Of a stretch of DNA of 64,000 bases, positions 52,191 through 64,000 are shown piece by piece (the stretch's first letter is position 1; each line of letters begins with the position of its first letter). The notes below the pieces were generated by a model. That model was not told the DNA's origin. It worked only from the letters and a program-made list of their open reading frames with translations, and ran no database searches. The position numbers and the translations under genes are program-made. This DNA is from Balanoglossus misakiensis. Taxonomy: Eukaryota > Animalia > Hemichordata. Location: positions 2,675,060-2,739,059 of the forward strand of contig CM082583.2 in assembly GCA_040954595.2 (NCBI GenBank), read 5' to 3'.

Positions 52191-54417
52191 GTATATATGA
52201 TGTTTCCAAGTTTATGGATTTTATTCTCAAATGAAAGAATGGAAACAAAGTCAATCAGTCATGTATATTCACTCTATAGTTTTGTAATGACGTTATCGTA
52301 ATACGTATTAAATTGAGTAAAATATCGCCCAGCGTATATGCTGACTTCACGCCTTTGAATCATTCGTCTGAGTGTATATTTGCATGAAGGCTCGTCTGGT
52401 TGTTTACGTAGTGGCCGTTCAGAGAAGTTGTGATCTCACGGGTTTCGCGAAGGTTTTCTCCAACAATTGCCAAGGGAAGCCTTACTGTCGTATATATAAA
52501 TGATGCATGGTCTCCAATTCTCGCTACCTTAAATAGTTTTCATTTGCGATCGAGACGGCCTGGTCGGCAGCAAAACAGTTATAGTATGAAGGTCTGTGAA
52601 ACAATCCTAGTGACTGTGCAACACATTTGTTCTTTCACACGCAAAATGTATGTCTGAGTCAAACAGACTGGGGTTTTTTTTCTGTTTTTGTTGTTGTTGT
52701 TCTCTGTAACGTCTTGATACGGGATTTCTTTTCGGGGATTTTGCACATATGATGTAATAAAACCTATTTCTACGATTCATATCCATGGCTTCAAAACAGA
52801 CCAGGTATCCATAACACGTTGAAGAGGTCGCCAGTAAATATTTTGGTCTTAAATTAATATTTTGTTTAAACCTTCGGTGCTATTTACCATGTTAACAGCA
52901 ATATACTATTTTGGCAGTGGCATTATTTGTCTTTCGGAATTGATTTTACGGCCGTTTCACTCGGAACTTGGCCACTCATAAATTTCGTTTCAGTTGTGAC
53001 ATTCAATACAACAGTCACGATAGCAGCAATCTATTTCAGAAAACGAAATCGTGACCACACGCCCCGTTAAGTGTATAATCGCCAGAATTTTATTGTGTAG
53101 TATTTGTTCTTATTTACGAAACGAATATAGATTAAAGCTGCAAGCAGCGTTGGCGGGGCACAAGCGGTTCCCATGGTAACCAGCAAATGCCAAGGCTGTA
53201 TCTGCTGTGGATGCCAAGATATGGGGAAAGTAGGTCAAAGGTCACCTGAGGTCACCCCAAATTTGGGGAAAACAGTTTGACACTGTACAGGTCCATGTCC
53301 ACCAAAAACCCAACCTCTAGCTTGTGGTTAGCTTGGAATGAAATATGTGCATAATTAATGAGGTATTGTGTAAGACTCCATTATGTGCTCAAATTCCCCA
53401 AATGCCAGGGCTTTATCTGTTCTGGTACCCATGTCCACAATAATCAAACATATACCTGCATTTGTTGGTGTAGTATATTAGACATGTGCATATAATTAAA
53501 AAAGCGCTGAAACAATGTGAAAATTGGAGTGCAAAGTTTGCTTCTATACCTATTCAGGCTATTCAAATACCAAATTCAATTGTGCCTGCATGTGTTCATA
53601 AACGTTTAAATATGCTTGACATCCATTAGTGGTATGAACTTTCGCTCGTTCACTCGTACAACTATTTTGGTGTTTTTATTATTAGCTCTTTTGTTGATGA
53701 TGATGACATTAAGTGACAAATGCGTTAAATATGTATTTGTGACAACTTTCTTTCAAGAATAGTTGTTCACTGTTCTACCCAGGTGAATACGAGACTATTT
53801 CAGTCATTTTGCAGAAATTTATACTGCTTCCAGCTGTGGTCTATCTTTACAGGTACTAACAACAATTTCCGTGCCCAATAACAATTGTTTCAGAAGGCTG
53901 AATGTTTATGCCTGTACATATATAAATTCACTACAGTGCATACACTGGAGAAATATTTTAAACTCATTTCTGTATTGAAAACCTTTTGGACGGTGCATAC
54001 ATGTATCTGTGTCATGTATATTTTTCTATAACCTTACCTGATTCAAATAAATGAAATGAACATCATAAAAGCAGACCTTTTTGGTAGCTTAATCATAAAA
54101 TAAGGGATGATCATAATAATTGGAATTCAATAAGGTCAGGTTCATCCAAAATAAGTTTCAGTGCCACATACATAGTGCAAAGTCCATGAACTGCCAATTT
54201 GCCCACCCACTGTATATATAGGCTCCTATACCGCTCAGCGCCACCAACGGAAGAATGGAGAGAAGAGATTTTCATTCACGTTGATCTTATCATTAGATGT
54301 TTGCACCAAAATATAATAAATGAGCAATGATAACGATGGGGAAATTAATTATATGTTGATTGAAACATAACAGTCATCGCAAGTGTAACAACGAACTCGT
54401 TTATTTGAACGTCTTGG

Positions 54418-54431
54418 GCGGAAGTGACGTA
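54418..54431 (+). promoter_or_regulatory. Composite ETS-CRE motif, putative Helentron promoter
   Basis: GCGGAAGTGACGTA about 70 bp upstream of a strong donor CTG|GTGAGT (GT at 54504) in a locally CpG-rich patch. Confidence 0.4.
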
Positions 54432-54881
54432 CAAAAGAAAGGCAGAATACCAATGTTTGGGGGCGCTATACCAATTACAGCCACACTCTATACTGAACTA
54501 CTGGTGAGTATTATTTTGTAAAGCCCGTCTTTCGAAAATTAGTTTTAGATAAGCGATCCCGATGTTTCAAGGCACGAAAGATATATGACACTGTGCGGGA
54601 AGATGTTGGGTTATGAGTACTTGATGGCCATCATCGAAGTTTAATTCGATTGTGTGAAATTATTGACGATTCTTTTCGATCGCTGACACAGCTGCCTAAA
54701 AAGTAGGGTTAGGGACTTAGGGTAAAAATAGAATCGCGACCACCACATGCGGTCTGCAGGTGAGTTTGTTTTGGTTCTTTCTTGAAACGTGCAGCTTTTT
54801 GGATGAAATAATACATTACAGAACCCAGCAAAACTGTAAGTATCTGTGCAAATGGTTCGCTATGTAATCGAAGGGAAATCC

Positions 54882-54976
54882 TTAGCTGCAATGATTGTAG
54901 CGGGTGCTGCTAGGTTGACTGATGCTGCGAACACACCAGTCAACCTAGCAGCACCCGCTACAATCATTGCAGCTAA
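54882..54976. repeat. Perfect 40-bp inverted repeat with 15-nt loop
   Basis: Arms 54882-54921 and 54937-54976 are exact reverse complements. Confidence 0.95.
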
Positions 54977-55855
54977 TAAACACATTCTCAGTTTTGTACA
55001 TTTCATATTAGTGTCATTGAGGAAGAAATTGCAGTTATATTAAACCTTGGGAATATGTTCAAGAAGCAACGAATTGTAGTTTTAGCTGTGAATTGAATAA
55101 TTCATTTCTATAGTCTATTAGAGGTATATGCATAGATTGCAAATAGTATTGCTGGGTATTCTTATGTTGCATTTAGACTACAATGCTGCACAAGTAGAAT
55201 GAACCACAACAAAGTCACCAGGGTGAAGTGTTCATGACATACTGTAAAACAGGTCATTGGCATGACATGAAATTTTTGCTATATCAAAAGAAGCAACTGT
55301 TACGTGAGGATTAATTTTTGCTTGGTTTCATGTCTGTTCGTGTGCCAGTTTAGTTGAGTGTGTGGCACATATGTGAATGTTGGTATATACAGCCTGTGCA
55401 CAGTGTATATAATTGCACCATGTGATTGCGTGTGTTTGGACCTTTGCACCTCTTTGATGCCTGTCCGTCTGTGTGCTAGTTCATCAGAGTGTGGATGCGT
55501 GTGTGTAGGTATGTCTATGTATCATGTGTTTGCATCTTTTTCTGAATCTTTGTCTGCATGTCTTTGTTGATTCATGTATGTCTGGAACTCCTGTCTGTGT
55601 GCAAGTTTATCAAAGTGGGTGTGTGTGGCTAGGTATTAGTACTACATGTACCCTTTGTTTATGTCTGGGTGTGCACTGTCAGCCGTTCTGGATTGGCTGT
55701 GTTGTATATGTACATTGAATGATTTTTGTGTCACTATGCATGGTTCTATTGTGTATGCAGAAAACAATGTACTTACATGTATTTTGATATGCAGTATTCA
55801 GTCTTTGTAAAGGTGTTTGAATGTAAAGTGTGACGATGGGGAATGGGATCACTTA

Positions 55856-56578
55856 GGGACCGTTCAGTTTTTACGGCCGGGGGGGGGGGGGGTGGGGGGA
55901 TCAAAATCCAGGGGGGTGACTTAAGTCCAAGGGGGGGGGGGTCATCTGTTTTTTTTAATGTTTAGGGGGGTCACATACTTTTGCCACCGAACTTTTGCTT
56001 TTGAGTACACAAAATTGCAGTTTCACGCCCTTTATTTTACAAAATTTTCTAATGTGGGAGGGGGACACCAACCCCCTCCATTCTCCCCCACATTGCATTT
56101 ATTCGCTGGTTTGTCTAGTGTACAGGGCAGACTTCTTCCCACCCTACCCCGATGCTTCTTTTGAGTGGAGTGGCAAAATTAAAATTTGTCCTCCCTAACA
56201 TTAAGTTAATTTGCTTTTGAGTTCATTAAAATGCAACTTTGAGCACTGTATTTTACCAAATTTTCTTATGTGGGAGGGGGACACCCCCGCCACTTTTCTT
56301 TTTTTACCAATTCTACCAACTATTGTATTGGATTGTCATTTTAGTTTGTTCATTTAATTTAATGTCTAATTGAGGCGAGAGGAGCCTCATTCCATTTATT
56401 GCATACAGTGTACATAGGTTCATGTTTTCGGCATGGGGGGGGGGGGTCATCATATTTTTGGGTCTGTCAAAGGGGGGGTCATCATTTTTTGGTCCTTGGT
56501 GAAGGGGGGGTCGGCCTGATTTTGAAAATCGATGACACAAACTTGCCCCCCCCCTGGCCGTAAAAACTGAACGGTCCC
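55856..56578. mobile_element. PIF/Harbinger (Tourist-like) MITE
   Basis: TIR GGGACCGTTCAGTTTTTACGGCC plus G/C runs; 3-bp TSD TTA at 55853-55855 and 56579-56581. Confidence 0.85.
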
Positions 56579-57840
56579 TTATACTGTAAAGATTCTCATG
56601 TTATAAGGGTGGTAATTTCAATGACTCCTTTATGATGTTATATCTGGCACTGTCTTTTATCTTTTTGTATGTGGTTGTATGTGTTTGCTTTGATTGTATT
56701 GGCGCATATACTGTAGTCTGTTATGTTTAGTGAAGATAAAGAGGAAATGCTTGATGGAAATAGATGAACTGGATTTTATGCAGAAATAATATGCATGTAT
56801 TCTGTTGGATTCAGTGGCAAACATGTACACCTATAACCAGTAATGATAATTTATATTATTTGCTTTCTTGCAGTTTTGTATAACCAAAGATATCCCACTT
56901 GAGGTAAGTGTGTCTGCCATGTGAAGAGACCTTCAGCATAATGCACTGCAGTACAGTTCTGCATGTGATTCATTGCAGGTTACTTGTCATAACTCTGCTC
57001 TGACACAGAGCTTATCAGATAAGACAATTGTTCATAGGTTGTCTGTCATGTGTCAACACAAGTGTTCTGTTAAATAACTAGTGCAAATGTGTTTAAATTT
57101 TATATGCATGTTTGGCCTTAGTATAGTTTTTGGAAATTGTGAAATTTGGGTATATAATTAAACCCTCTTAGTATCCAAGTGTCCAATTGCCTTGAAATGT
57201 ACAGTCACTATGTGTAAATACAACAAATGCCATAATTTGAGTGGGAAATTTTTGCTGAGCTAAATTTCTTTAATCACGTCCTGTGTGAAAAAAATGTCTA
57301 TAGTTTTGTTTGAGAATGGCACATGCTGTCTTACTACTTTGACTTTATTCTATGTGCATGAAGTCAACATATGTTGGAATAGTTTCTACAGAAATGTCTA
57401 CTTGTCTTACCCAGATTGCAAACAAATATTTCAAAAAGGTAAATGAGAAGAAAGTGTGATCGGCTGAATCTATGAATCTCAAACTTGGCACAATTATGTG
57501 GGCCTATGTAATTTCATGCATAACACTCTTGAATTTTTAATTACTCACTGTAATTGTCAGCTTTGATTGGAATTTTCATATGGACCTTATTTATATTAAA
57601 ATGTGGAATAAAAAATCTGTTGACAGTCCCTGTACACTACATGTACCGGTATATGGTCAGGATCCCACATGCCAAATTTCAAGGTTGTGGACCATGTCAA
57701 CAGGTTTATCCGTGACCTTGACCTACCCATAGGCCTATACCTCTACAGTGAAGCTATCACCACATTTTATTCTGGCATTCTGGTCTGTACAATAGTCCCG
57801 GACATTAAAATGTTAACAGTTATGTATTTATTGATTTCAG

Positions 57841-60800
57841 ATGCCACGCTCTAGGAACTGGAGGAAGAAGAGGAGTCAGATGAAAGAGGATGCTGCCCTC
57901 TCAAAAAACAGCTTCGATATGACAGAGGATGCTGCCCTCTCAAAAAACAGCTTCGATATGACAGAGGATGCTGCCCTCTCAAAAAACAGCTTCGATATGA
58001 CAGAGGATGCTGCCCTCTCAAAAAACAGCGACGTAATCAAAGAGGATGCTGCCCTCTATAATCTCAGCGACAATACCCTTCGGGGTGCCAGCCTTCGGTG
58101 TTCGAAGGATCAAAACTGTGAAACTTCCCTTAGGGGTTCAAACCTTCGGTGTTCGAAGGGTCAAAACTTTGAAACTTCCCTTCGGGGAACCAATGATTCT
58201 AGGGTACCTGCAAATTGTGACATTGTCACTTATGTTAATGGAAATGTACAGATTGAGAAAGCAGTTGATATTGCACACAAGAGAAATGACAATGAATGTA
58301 TTATTCAGAATGTTACCCCGAATGAATTTGTTTTCTCTCCTGTAACCACCACCATATGCCAAGAGTTATGCTGTAAGCTTCACATAAAGTATGGAAATAA
58401 AGTTGAAATGCTCGATGAAATTCGTAGTATTGAAATTGGTGAACCATGCAATATCAAATCTATTGTAGGTGATGGTAATTGTTTGTTTAGAGCTTTGTCG
58501 TATGCCATTAGTGGCAGTGAACGTAACCATGCTGTAATGCGAAAGGCCATTGTAAATCACATGATTGCAAATGACAGTGCATATTTTGGTTGGCTGGACC
58601 CAGACCAAGGATATACATCAGTTGCTGACTATATTGCAAAGTCTAGAATGAATTGTCTAACAATCTGGGGTTCCGAAAATGAGATCTTGGCTGCTGCCGA
58701 TCTCTTACAAACTAACATCTATGTGTATAGTTCTGGAACATGGCTAATACATTATTGTAATGCAATTAATAAAAGTAATGTTGATAAAGGTGTAGGTATA
58801 TACCTGAACCATCGCAACAGAGACCATTTTGAAATTGTCAAGAGTGTAAAGACACCTGAGATGGTAACATCTGACTCTACACACATTGAACGTGTTGAAC
58901 TTGTCTCAAGTGAAGGTATGACTAATGAATTCCACAATGAGGCAGATAGTGGCAGTTGTGTTCCACTAAAGAGTCCATTGGACAAGAAAGGTAATTTCCA
59001 CTTAAGTGATGAAACTGAAAGTGTTACAAAAGGAAGAGGTAAGAGACCAGCAATGAGTGAACGATTACGAAGGAAAATCAGAAAAGAAAAATATGAATGT
59101 ACTGAGACTACTGCAAAGAGCTGCAGGGCAATATCCAAATATGAATTGTACCACAGTAATTCTCAATATAGAGAGACGAAGAAGTTAAAAAGTAGACAGC
59201 ATTATCATCAGATCCGAGAAAGTAAGAAACAAAAAATGAAAGATTTATATGAACAAAATCCCGATTTTCGGGAGGCAAAGAAAGCACATGTAAGAGTGAA
59301 TTACCAAGAAAATCCTGATTTTCGGGAGGCAAAGAAAGCACGTGTAAGATTGAATTACCAAGAAAATCCTGATTTACGGGAGGCAAAGAAGGCACGTGTA
59401 AGATTGAATTACCAAGAAAATCCTGATTTACGGGAGGCAAAGAAGGCACGTGTAAGAGTGAATTACAACCAAAATCCTGATTTTCGGGAGGCACATAAGG
59501 CAGAAATAACAAAAAAATATCAGAGAGACGTAAACTTTCGTGAGGAAAAGAAGGCAAAATTAATACAGAAATACGAACAGAATGATCTTTACAGAGAATG
59601 CAAGAAGGCACAGAGTATTCAACGATATGAGATTGATCCTCATTACAAAGATAATGCATTGAAGAGAAGCAGGTGTCAGATGATACAGAATGACATTGGC
59701 AAGCATAATGTTCAACGTGTTATTGCTAATTTCAGAAATACTGCCTCAGAAGGTCCAAATTGTGTATGTTCAGTTTGTTATCGTCGACTTTTCAGGAAAC
59801 AAGTAATTGTTTGCAAGAAGGATAAATATTACAGTAACAGAATTACATCTGATATTGCTGTAAAATGTATATCAGAAGAATATGTGCACAAATGTGCCCC
59901 GACATGTATGGCTGACTGCCCTCTCAAGAATAGTGCAGCCAGTACATTATGGATTTGTCACACATGCCATAGAAAGCTTTTACGTGGAGAGATGCCAGTT
60001 CAAGCTGCTGCAAATAACCTTCATGTCACACCAGTCCCTCCTGAATTTAAATGCCTCAACTCACTTGAGCAACATTTAATTGCATTAAATATTCCATTCA
60101 TGAAAATGTTGGCATTACCTAAGGGTGGTCAGAATGGAGTCCATGGACCTGTAGTGTGTGTCCCTTCTGATATAAAGAAGGCTACAAATATTTTGCCACG
60201 GAATGAGTTTGATGATCAGATGATAAGGGTCAAATTGAAGCGAAAGCTGAGTTATAAAGGTTACTATGAGTATCAGTTTGTAAACAAACGACACATTCAG
60301 AATGCTTTGGAATACCTCCAGACAAATAATCATTATTACAGTGATATAACTTTCAATATGGATTGGAAAAATACTCTTGAAAAGACTGAAGAAGATCTTT
60401 CAGATGCTAAAATTAATAACAGCGAATCAGAAATGTCTGATGACAAAAACATTGATGAAAGCAATGAAAAGACCAAAGGAAATGATTCAGATACTGAAGG
60501 TATTGATGTGTCATCAGACACAGAAGATAACAATGTGTCAAACAAAGATACTAATGGAATATTGATGGACACATGCCTCCAACCAATTGACATAGGTCAG
60601 GATATTCTTGATTATCACTTTGAGGATATATCTTGTGTTGCTCCTGCAGAGGGTAATACACCTGTTAGTCTGTTGATGGAAAAGTTGAATGAAGCCAAGT
60701 GCTTTCCTGTGTTATTCCCAACTGGGTCACCCACATTTCATGATGACCGAGAGGTTAAGATAACAATAGGACGATACTTGCAAAGTCGTGTAATGAATGC

Positions 60801-63800
60801 AAGTAACAGATTTTCAAAAAGCACAGACTATATATTTTATGCGCAATATCTGTCCGAAATTAACCAGGTTGTATCCAATGTGTCAATTGCTTTGAGAAAA
60901 GGAACTGCTAATGCTTGTGGCAAAAAAGTGACATCCGATGTTTTAAGTGACAGTGAATCTTTGAAACAGATTTTGAAGTCTGATGAAGGGTACAAGTTTT
61001 TAAAACCTATAAGAGGAACCCCTCCTTATTGGCAAGCAACACAAAAAGACCTGTTTGCAATGATCAGACAGTTGGGTATACCAACATGGTTTTGCTCATT
61101 TTCTGCTGCCGATTTACGGTGGAAAGAAGTTATTGAGACTATACTTCGTGGAGAAGGAGACGTACGTAATGCTGAGGATCTTGATTGGTCTGAGAAATGT
61201 GCTATCTTGAGACGAAATCCTGTAACAGCAGCCAGAATGTTTGATCACAGATTTCATTGTTTTCTGAGTGAAGTCATCATGTCACCAGCCAATCCTATTG
61301 GAAATATCAAAGATTATTTTTATCGAGTCGAGTTTCAACAACGAGGCTCACCACATACACACTGTTTATTTTGGGTTGAAAATGCACCAAAGGTTGATAG
61401 AGATACTGATGAAGATGTAGTTGATTTTGTTGACAGATATGTAACATGTCAAATGCCTTCTGTTGAGGAGGATGAGGAATTGCAAGAGATTGTGAATAAA
61501 GTTCAGAAACACAGCTCAAGGCACTCCAAATCTTGCAAGAAAAAGGGCACTAGATGCAGATTCAACTTTCCACGACCACCATCAAAGAAAACGTTCATAT
61601 GCCGTCCTGATATAGATATAGAAATGACAGGTGAAGGTGAGAAGTCAAACCTTGATGACGATAAAGAAACACTACAAGAGAAATGTCAAAGTGACACGAC
61701 TCAGTTAATTGATAATGTGATGAGCCAGATGGCTGCTAGGAATATTCTAGAAAAAGTGTGGACATGCCTGCATGACAAAGAGAAACAGATTGATTCGGTT
61801 GATGCACTGTTTAATGAAGTCAGCATTTCTCAGGAGATGTTTGAGAAAGCACATGCAATTTTGGCAAGGAAAACAAGTGTAGTATTAAAGCGTGAACCAA
61901 ATGATGTTTGGGTAAACCAATACAATTCTAACCTTCTTCGTTGCTGGGATGCAAACATGGACATTCAGTTTGTTGTGGATGCTTATGCCTGTGTTGTGTA
62001 CATTGTGTCATATATCTCTAAGGCAGAGAGAGAAATGGGTTTACTGCTGGAAAATGCACAGAGAGAAGCTAACAAAGAAGGAAATATGGATGCGAAATCT
62101 GCATTGAAACAGTTGGGCAGTGTTTATCTGCACAACAGAGAAGTGAGTGCCCAGGAGGCTGTATATAGACTGTGTGGATTGAAACTGAAACAATCATCTC
62201 GAAAAGTCCAGTTTATTCCAACTGGAGAAACCCCTATCAAAATGAGTTTGCCATTGAGTGTAATACGTAGCAAAATGACAGGAGATGATTTGAATGAAAA
62301 TGATATCTGGTATAATAGCATTGTAGACAGATACAAGAACCGACCAAATGGAGACGAGTTTGACGACATGTGTCTTGCGACATTTTGTTCAGAATACCGA
62401 ATAGTGTCAAAATCAGAAGTGACAAATACCAGCACTGAGAAACGTGCAAATCCAATAGTCAAGTTGAAAAATGGTGCAGGTTACATGCAAAAAAGATCTC
62501 GAACTGATCCAGCTGTCATTAGATATGCAAGATTTTCTGTGACTAAATATCCAGAAAAGTATTACCGCACTATGTTAGAACTCTTCTTGCCACACTGGGT
62601 TGACTCCCAATTGAAACCAAATGGGTTTGAAACATATGCAAATTTCTATTCTGTGGGTGCAGTGAAGTGTGGATCTGCCTCGTTACAAACAGTGAAATTG
62701 ATAGTAGATGCCAATAAAGCAATGTTTGAGAAAGAGGCTGATGCCGTTGATTTAGCTGAAGAGCTCCTTGAAGGAAGTGGTCCTCTGGAGGACGCATGGG
62801 CCCAAATTTGTCCAGAAAGTGAAATAGACAGATTAGAATGCATTGATGAACGTCAACAATTGCCTGATGATGATGATGTAAATGAGGAGGATATTCCAGA
62901 TTTGGTGCACAAACCAAAAGGTGATTGCCACATAGAAATTTCTACCTCTGAAGTAAGGAGGGCTGATGTTCAAGCAATGTGTAGGTCACTGAACAGGAAA
63001 CAGGCAGAAGTCTTTTATAGTGTCAGACAGTGGTGTCTGGATAAAAGCAATGGCAAGAACCCAGAATCTTTGTATTTGTTTGTCAGTGGTGGTGCTGGCA
63101 CAGGGAAAAGCCATTTAATTAAAACCATATATCATGAAGCCAAACGAATTCTATCTCGTGTCATGGCTAATCCAGATGAAAAATCAATACAGGTAACAGC
63201 CTCAACTGGAGTTGCAGCATTTAATGTAGGAGGTGAAACTCTCCATCATGCATTTTCAATAGCAGTTGACTCAAAACTACCATATGAGCCACTACGTGAA
63301 GAAAAGCTCAACACTCTTCGTTCCAAATTGGGAAATCTTCAGATTTTAATAATAGATGAGATTTCTATGGTAGACAGAAAATTGTTTCACTATGTACATG
63401 GACGATTACGTCAAATCAAACAAACACCAAGTGGTTCACCATTTGGAAATGTGTGTGTTATTGCTGTGGGCGACTTTTATCAGCTGCCACCTGTGAAAGC
63501 AAGTCCACTGTGTGTGGAAAATGATGCCATCAATATGTGGAATAATTTCAAAATTGTGGAACTCACTGAAATAATGAGACAAAAGGACTGTGCATTTGCA
63601 GAAGCACTAAATAGAGTAAGAATTCACAAGAAAGGGCACACACTGAGTGCAAATGATCTAGAAATGTTTAATAACCGTGTGACTGGTGAAGCATCTGAGG
63701 CAATTCACATCTTTGCTACAAATGCAGAAGTTAACAATTGCAATATCACAATGCTGCATTCCTTGTGCTCTGATCCTGTATGTATTGAAGCACAAGATTT

Positions 63801-64000
63801 TAGTAAGAATACTAAAACTGGGAAACTCCAAAGAAAGGAAGGCCATCATGCCAAGGTCTTTAGGACCACTTTACCAAAGACTCTCACTCTAGCTAAGGGT
63901 GCACGAGTGCAACTGACACAAAATATTGATGTCTCTGATGGATTGGTGAATGGTGTATTTGGATCAGTATGTCACATTGATATGAAACCAAATGAAAGCT
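57841..64000 (+). CDS. Helentron polyprotein: repeats-OTU cysteine protease-Zn finger-HUH/Y2 Rep-Pif1 helicase (partial, >2050 aa)
   Basis: TTTCAG|ATG at 57841 ([10 protein letters not shown]). [17 protein letters not shown]; CSVC/CHTC; [26 protein letters not shown]; [12 protein letters not shown] (HUH); YIVSYISK (Y2); [25 protein letters not shown]. No stop found on spot-checking, and the track lists no closed ORF in this frame. Confidence 0.93.
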   Translation, partial: MPRSRNWRKKRSQMKEDAALSKNSFDMTEDAALSKNSFDMTEDAALSKNSFDMTEDAALSKNSDVIKEDAALYNLSDNTLRGASLRCSKDQNCETSLRGSNLRCSKGQNFETSLRGTNDSRVPANCDIVTYVNGNVQIEKAVDIAHKRNDNECIIQNVTPNEFVFSPVTTTICQELCCKLHIKYGNKVEMLDEIRSIEIGEPCNIKSIVGDGNCLFRALSYAISGSERNHAVMRKAIVNHMIANDSAYFGWLDPDQGYTSVADYIAKSRMNCLTIWGSENEILAAADLLQTNIYVYSSGTWLIHYCNAINKSNVDKGVGIYLNHRNRDHFEIVKSVKTPEMVTSDSTHIERVELVSSEGMTNEFHNEADSGSCVPLKSPLDKKGNFHLSDETESVTKGRGKRPAMSERLRRKIRKEKYECTETTAKSCRAISKYELYHSNSQYRETKKLKSRQHYHQIRESKKQKMKDLYEQNPDFREAKKAHVRVNYQENPDFREAKKARVRLNYQENPDLREAKKARVRLNYQENPDLREAKKARVRVNYNQNPDFREAHKAEITKKYQRDVNFREEKKAKLIQKYEQNDLYRECKKAQSIQRYEIDPHYKDNALKRSRCQMIQNDIGKHNVQRVIANFRNTASEGPNCVCSVCYRRLFRKQVIVCKKDKYYSNRITSDIAVKCISEEYVHKCAPTCMADCPLKNSAASTLWICHTCHRKLLRGEMPVQAAANNLHVTPVPPEFKCLNSLEQHLIALNIPFMKMLALPKGGQNGVHGPVVCVPSDIKKATNILPRNEFDDQMIRVKLKRKLSYKGYYEYQFVNKRHIQNALEYLQTNNHYYSDITFNMDWKNTLEKTEEDLSDAKINNSESEMSDDKNIDESNEKTKGNDSDTEGIDVSSDTEDNNVSNKDTNGILMDTCLQPIDIGQDILDYHFEDISCVAPAEGNTPVSLLMEKLNEAKCFPVLFPTGSPTFHDDREVKITIGRYLQSRVMNASNRFSKSTDYIFYAQYLSEINQVVSNVSIALRKGTANACGKKVTSDVLSDSESLKQILKSDEGYKFLKPIRGTPPYWQATQKDLFAMIRQLGIPTWFCSFSAADLRWKEVIETILRGEGDVRNAEDLDWSEKCAILRRNPVTAARMFDHRFHCFLSEVIMSPANPIGNIKDYFYRVEFQQRGSPHTHCLFWVENAPKVDRDTDEDVVDFVDRYVTCQMPSVEEDEELQEIVNKVQKHSSRHSKSCKKKGTRCRFNFPRPPSKKTFICRPDIDIEMTGEGEKSNLDDDKETLQEKCQSDTTQLIDNVMSQMAARNILEKVWTCLHDKEKQIDSVDALFNEVSISQEMFEKAHAILARKTSVVLKREPNDVWVNQYNSNLLRCWDANMDIQFVVDAYACVVYIVSYISKAEREMGLLLENAQREANKEGNMDAKSALKQLGSVYLHNREVSAQEAVYRLCGLKLKQSSRKVQFIPTGETPIKMSLPLSVIRSKMTGDDLNENDIWYNSIVDRYKNRPNGDEFDDMCLATFCSEYRIVSKSEVTNTSTEKRANPIVKLKNGAGYMQKRSRTDPAVIRYARFSVTKYPEKYYRTMLELFLPHWVDSQLKPNGFETYANFYSVGAVKCGSASLQTVKLIVDANKAMFEKEADAVDLAEELLEGSGPLEDAWAQICPESEIDRLECIDERQQLPDDDDVNEEDIPDLVHKPKGDCHIEISTSEVRRADVQAMCRSLNRKQAEVFYSVRQWCLDKSNGKNPESLYLFVSGGAGTGKSHLIKTIYHEAKRILSRVMANPDEKSIQVTASTGVAAFNVGGETLHHAFSIAVDSKLPYEPLREEKLNTLRSKLGNLQILIIDEISMVDRKLFHYVHGRLRQIKQTPSGSPFGNVCVIAVGDFYQLPPVKASPLCVENDAINMWNNFKIVELTEIMRQKDCAFAEALNRVRIHKKGHTLSANDLEMFNNRVTGEASEAIHIFATNAEVNNCNITMLHSLCSDPVCIEAQDFSKNTKTGKLQRKEGHHAKVFRTTLPKTLTLAKGARVQLTQNIDVSDGLVNGVFGSVCHIDMKPNES
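57885..58057 (+). repeat. 39-bp in-frame coding tandem repeat ([13 protein letters not shown]), about 4.5 units
   Basis: AGAGGATGCTGCCCTC at 57885, 57924, 57963, 58002, 58041. Confidence 0.95.
59257..59495 (+). repeat. 54-bp in-frame coding tandem repeat ([18 protein letters not shown]), about 4.4 units
   Basis: AATCC(C/T)GATTT at 59257, 59311, 59365, 59419, 59473. Confidence 0.95.

Larger units (their letters stand above)
53132..64000 (+). mobile_element. Helentron (Helitron2-type) rolling-circle transposon, continues past the window end
   Basis: OTU-Rep-Pif1 ORF (see CDS). The 5' boundary is inferred from TTAAAGCTGCAAGCAGCG, which resembles termini of Helentron/HINE families, and is tentative. 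Confidence 0.8.

Noticed and set aside
58046-63892. Numerous short track ORFs between 58 and 64 kb
   Set aside because: Alternative-frame and antisense shadows of the single Helentron ORF.

Overview
AT-rich, repeat-dense animal genomic DNA. The gene and repeat families suggest a marine invertebrate deuterostome (hemichordate, echinoderm or amphioxus-like); this is inference. The left third holds a complete three-coding-exon GnRH-type GPCR gene (+, 3753..18526, 460 aa), with a deleted Ty3/Gypsy element and MITEs in its introns. The right two thirds is an accessory, TE-saturated region. It contains a frameshifted orphan membrane/coiled-coil ORF, a minisatellite-like 16(+2)-finger C2H2 array, a TRIM (RING-B-box-filamin-NHL) pseudogene, and Rex1-, RTE-X- and CR1/L2-type LINE relics. 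It also holds an intact GT4 glycosyltransferase of the conflict/immune type, encoded in one coding exon, and many TIR elements with readable TSDs (TTAA/Kolobok-like, IS3EU-like, hAT-like, Harbinger-like, 9-bp-TSD hairpin micro-elements). At the far right is an apparently intact OTU-Rep-Pif1 Helentron. Its >2050-codon ORF (57841..>64000) is missing from the supplied ORF track because it runs off the window. No rRNA, tRNA or CRISPR array seen. All family calls come from motifs recognised by eye, not from database searches.
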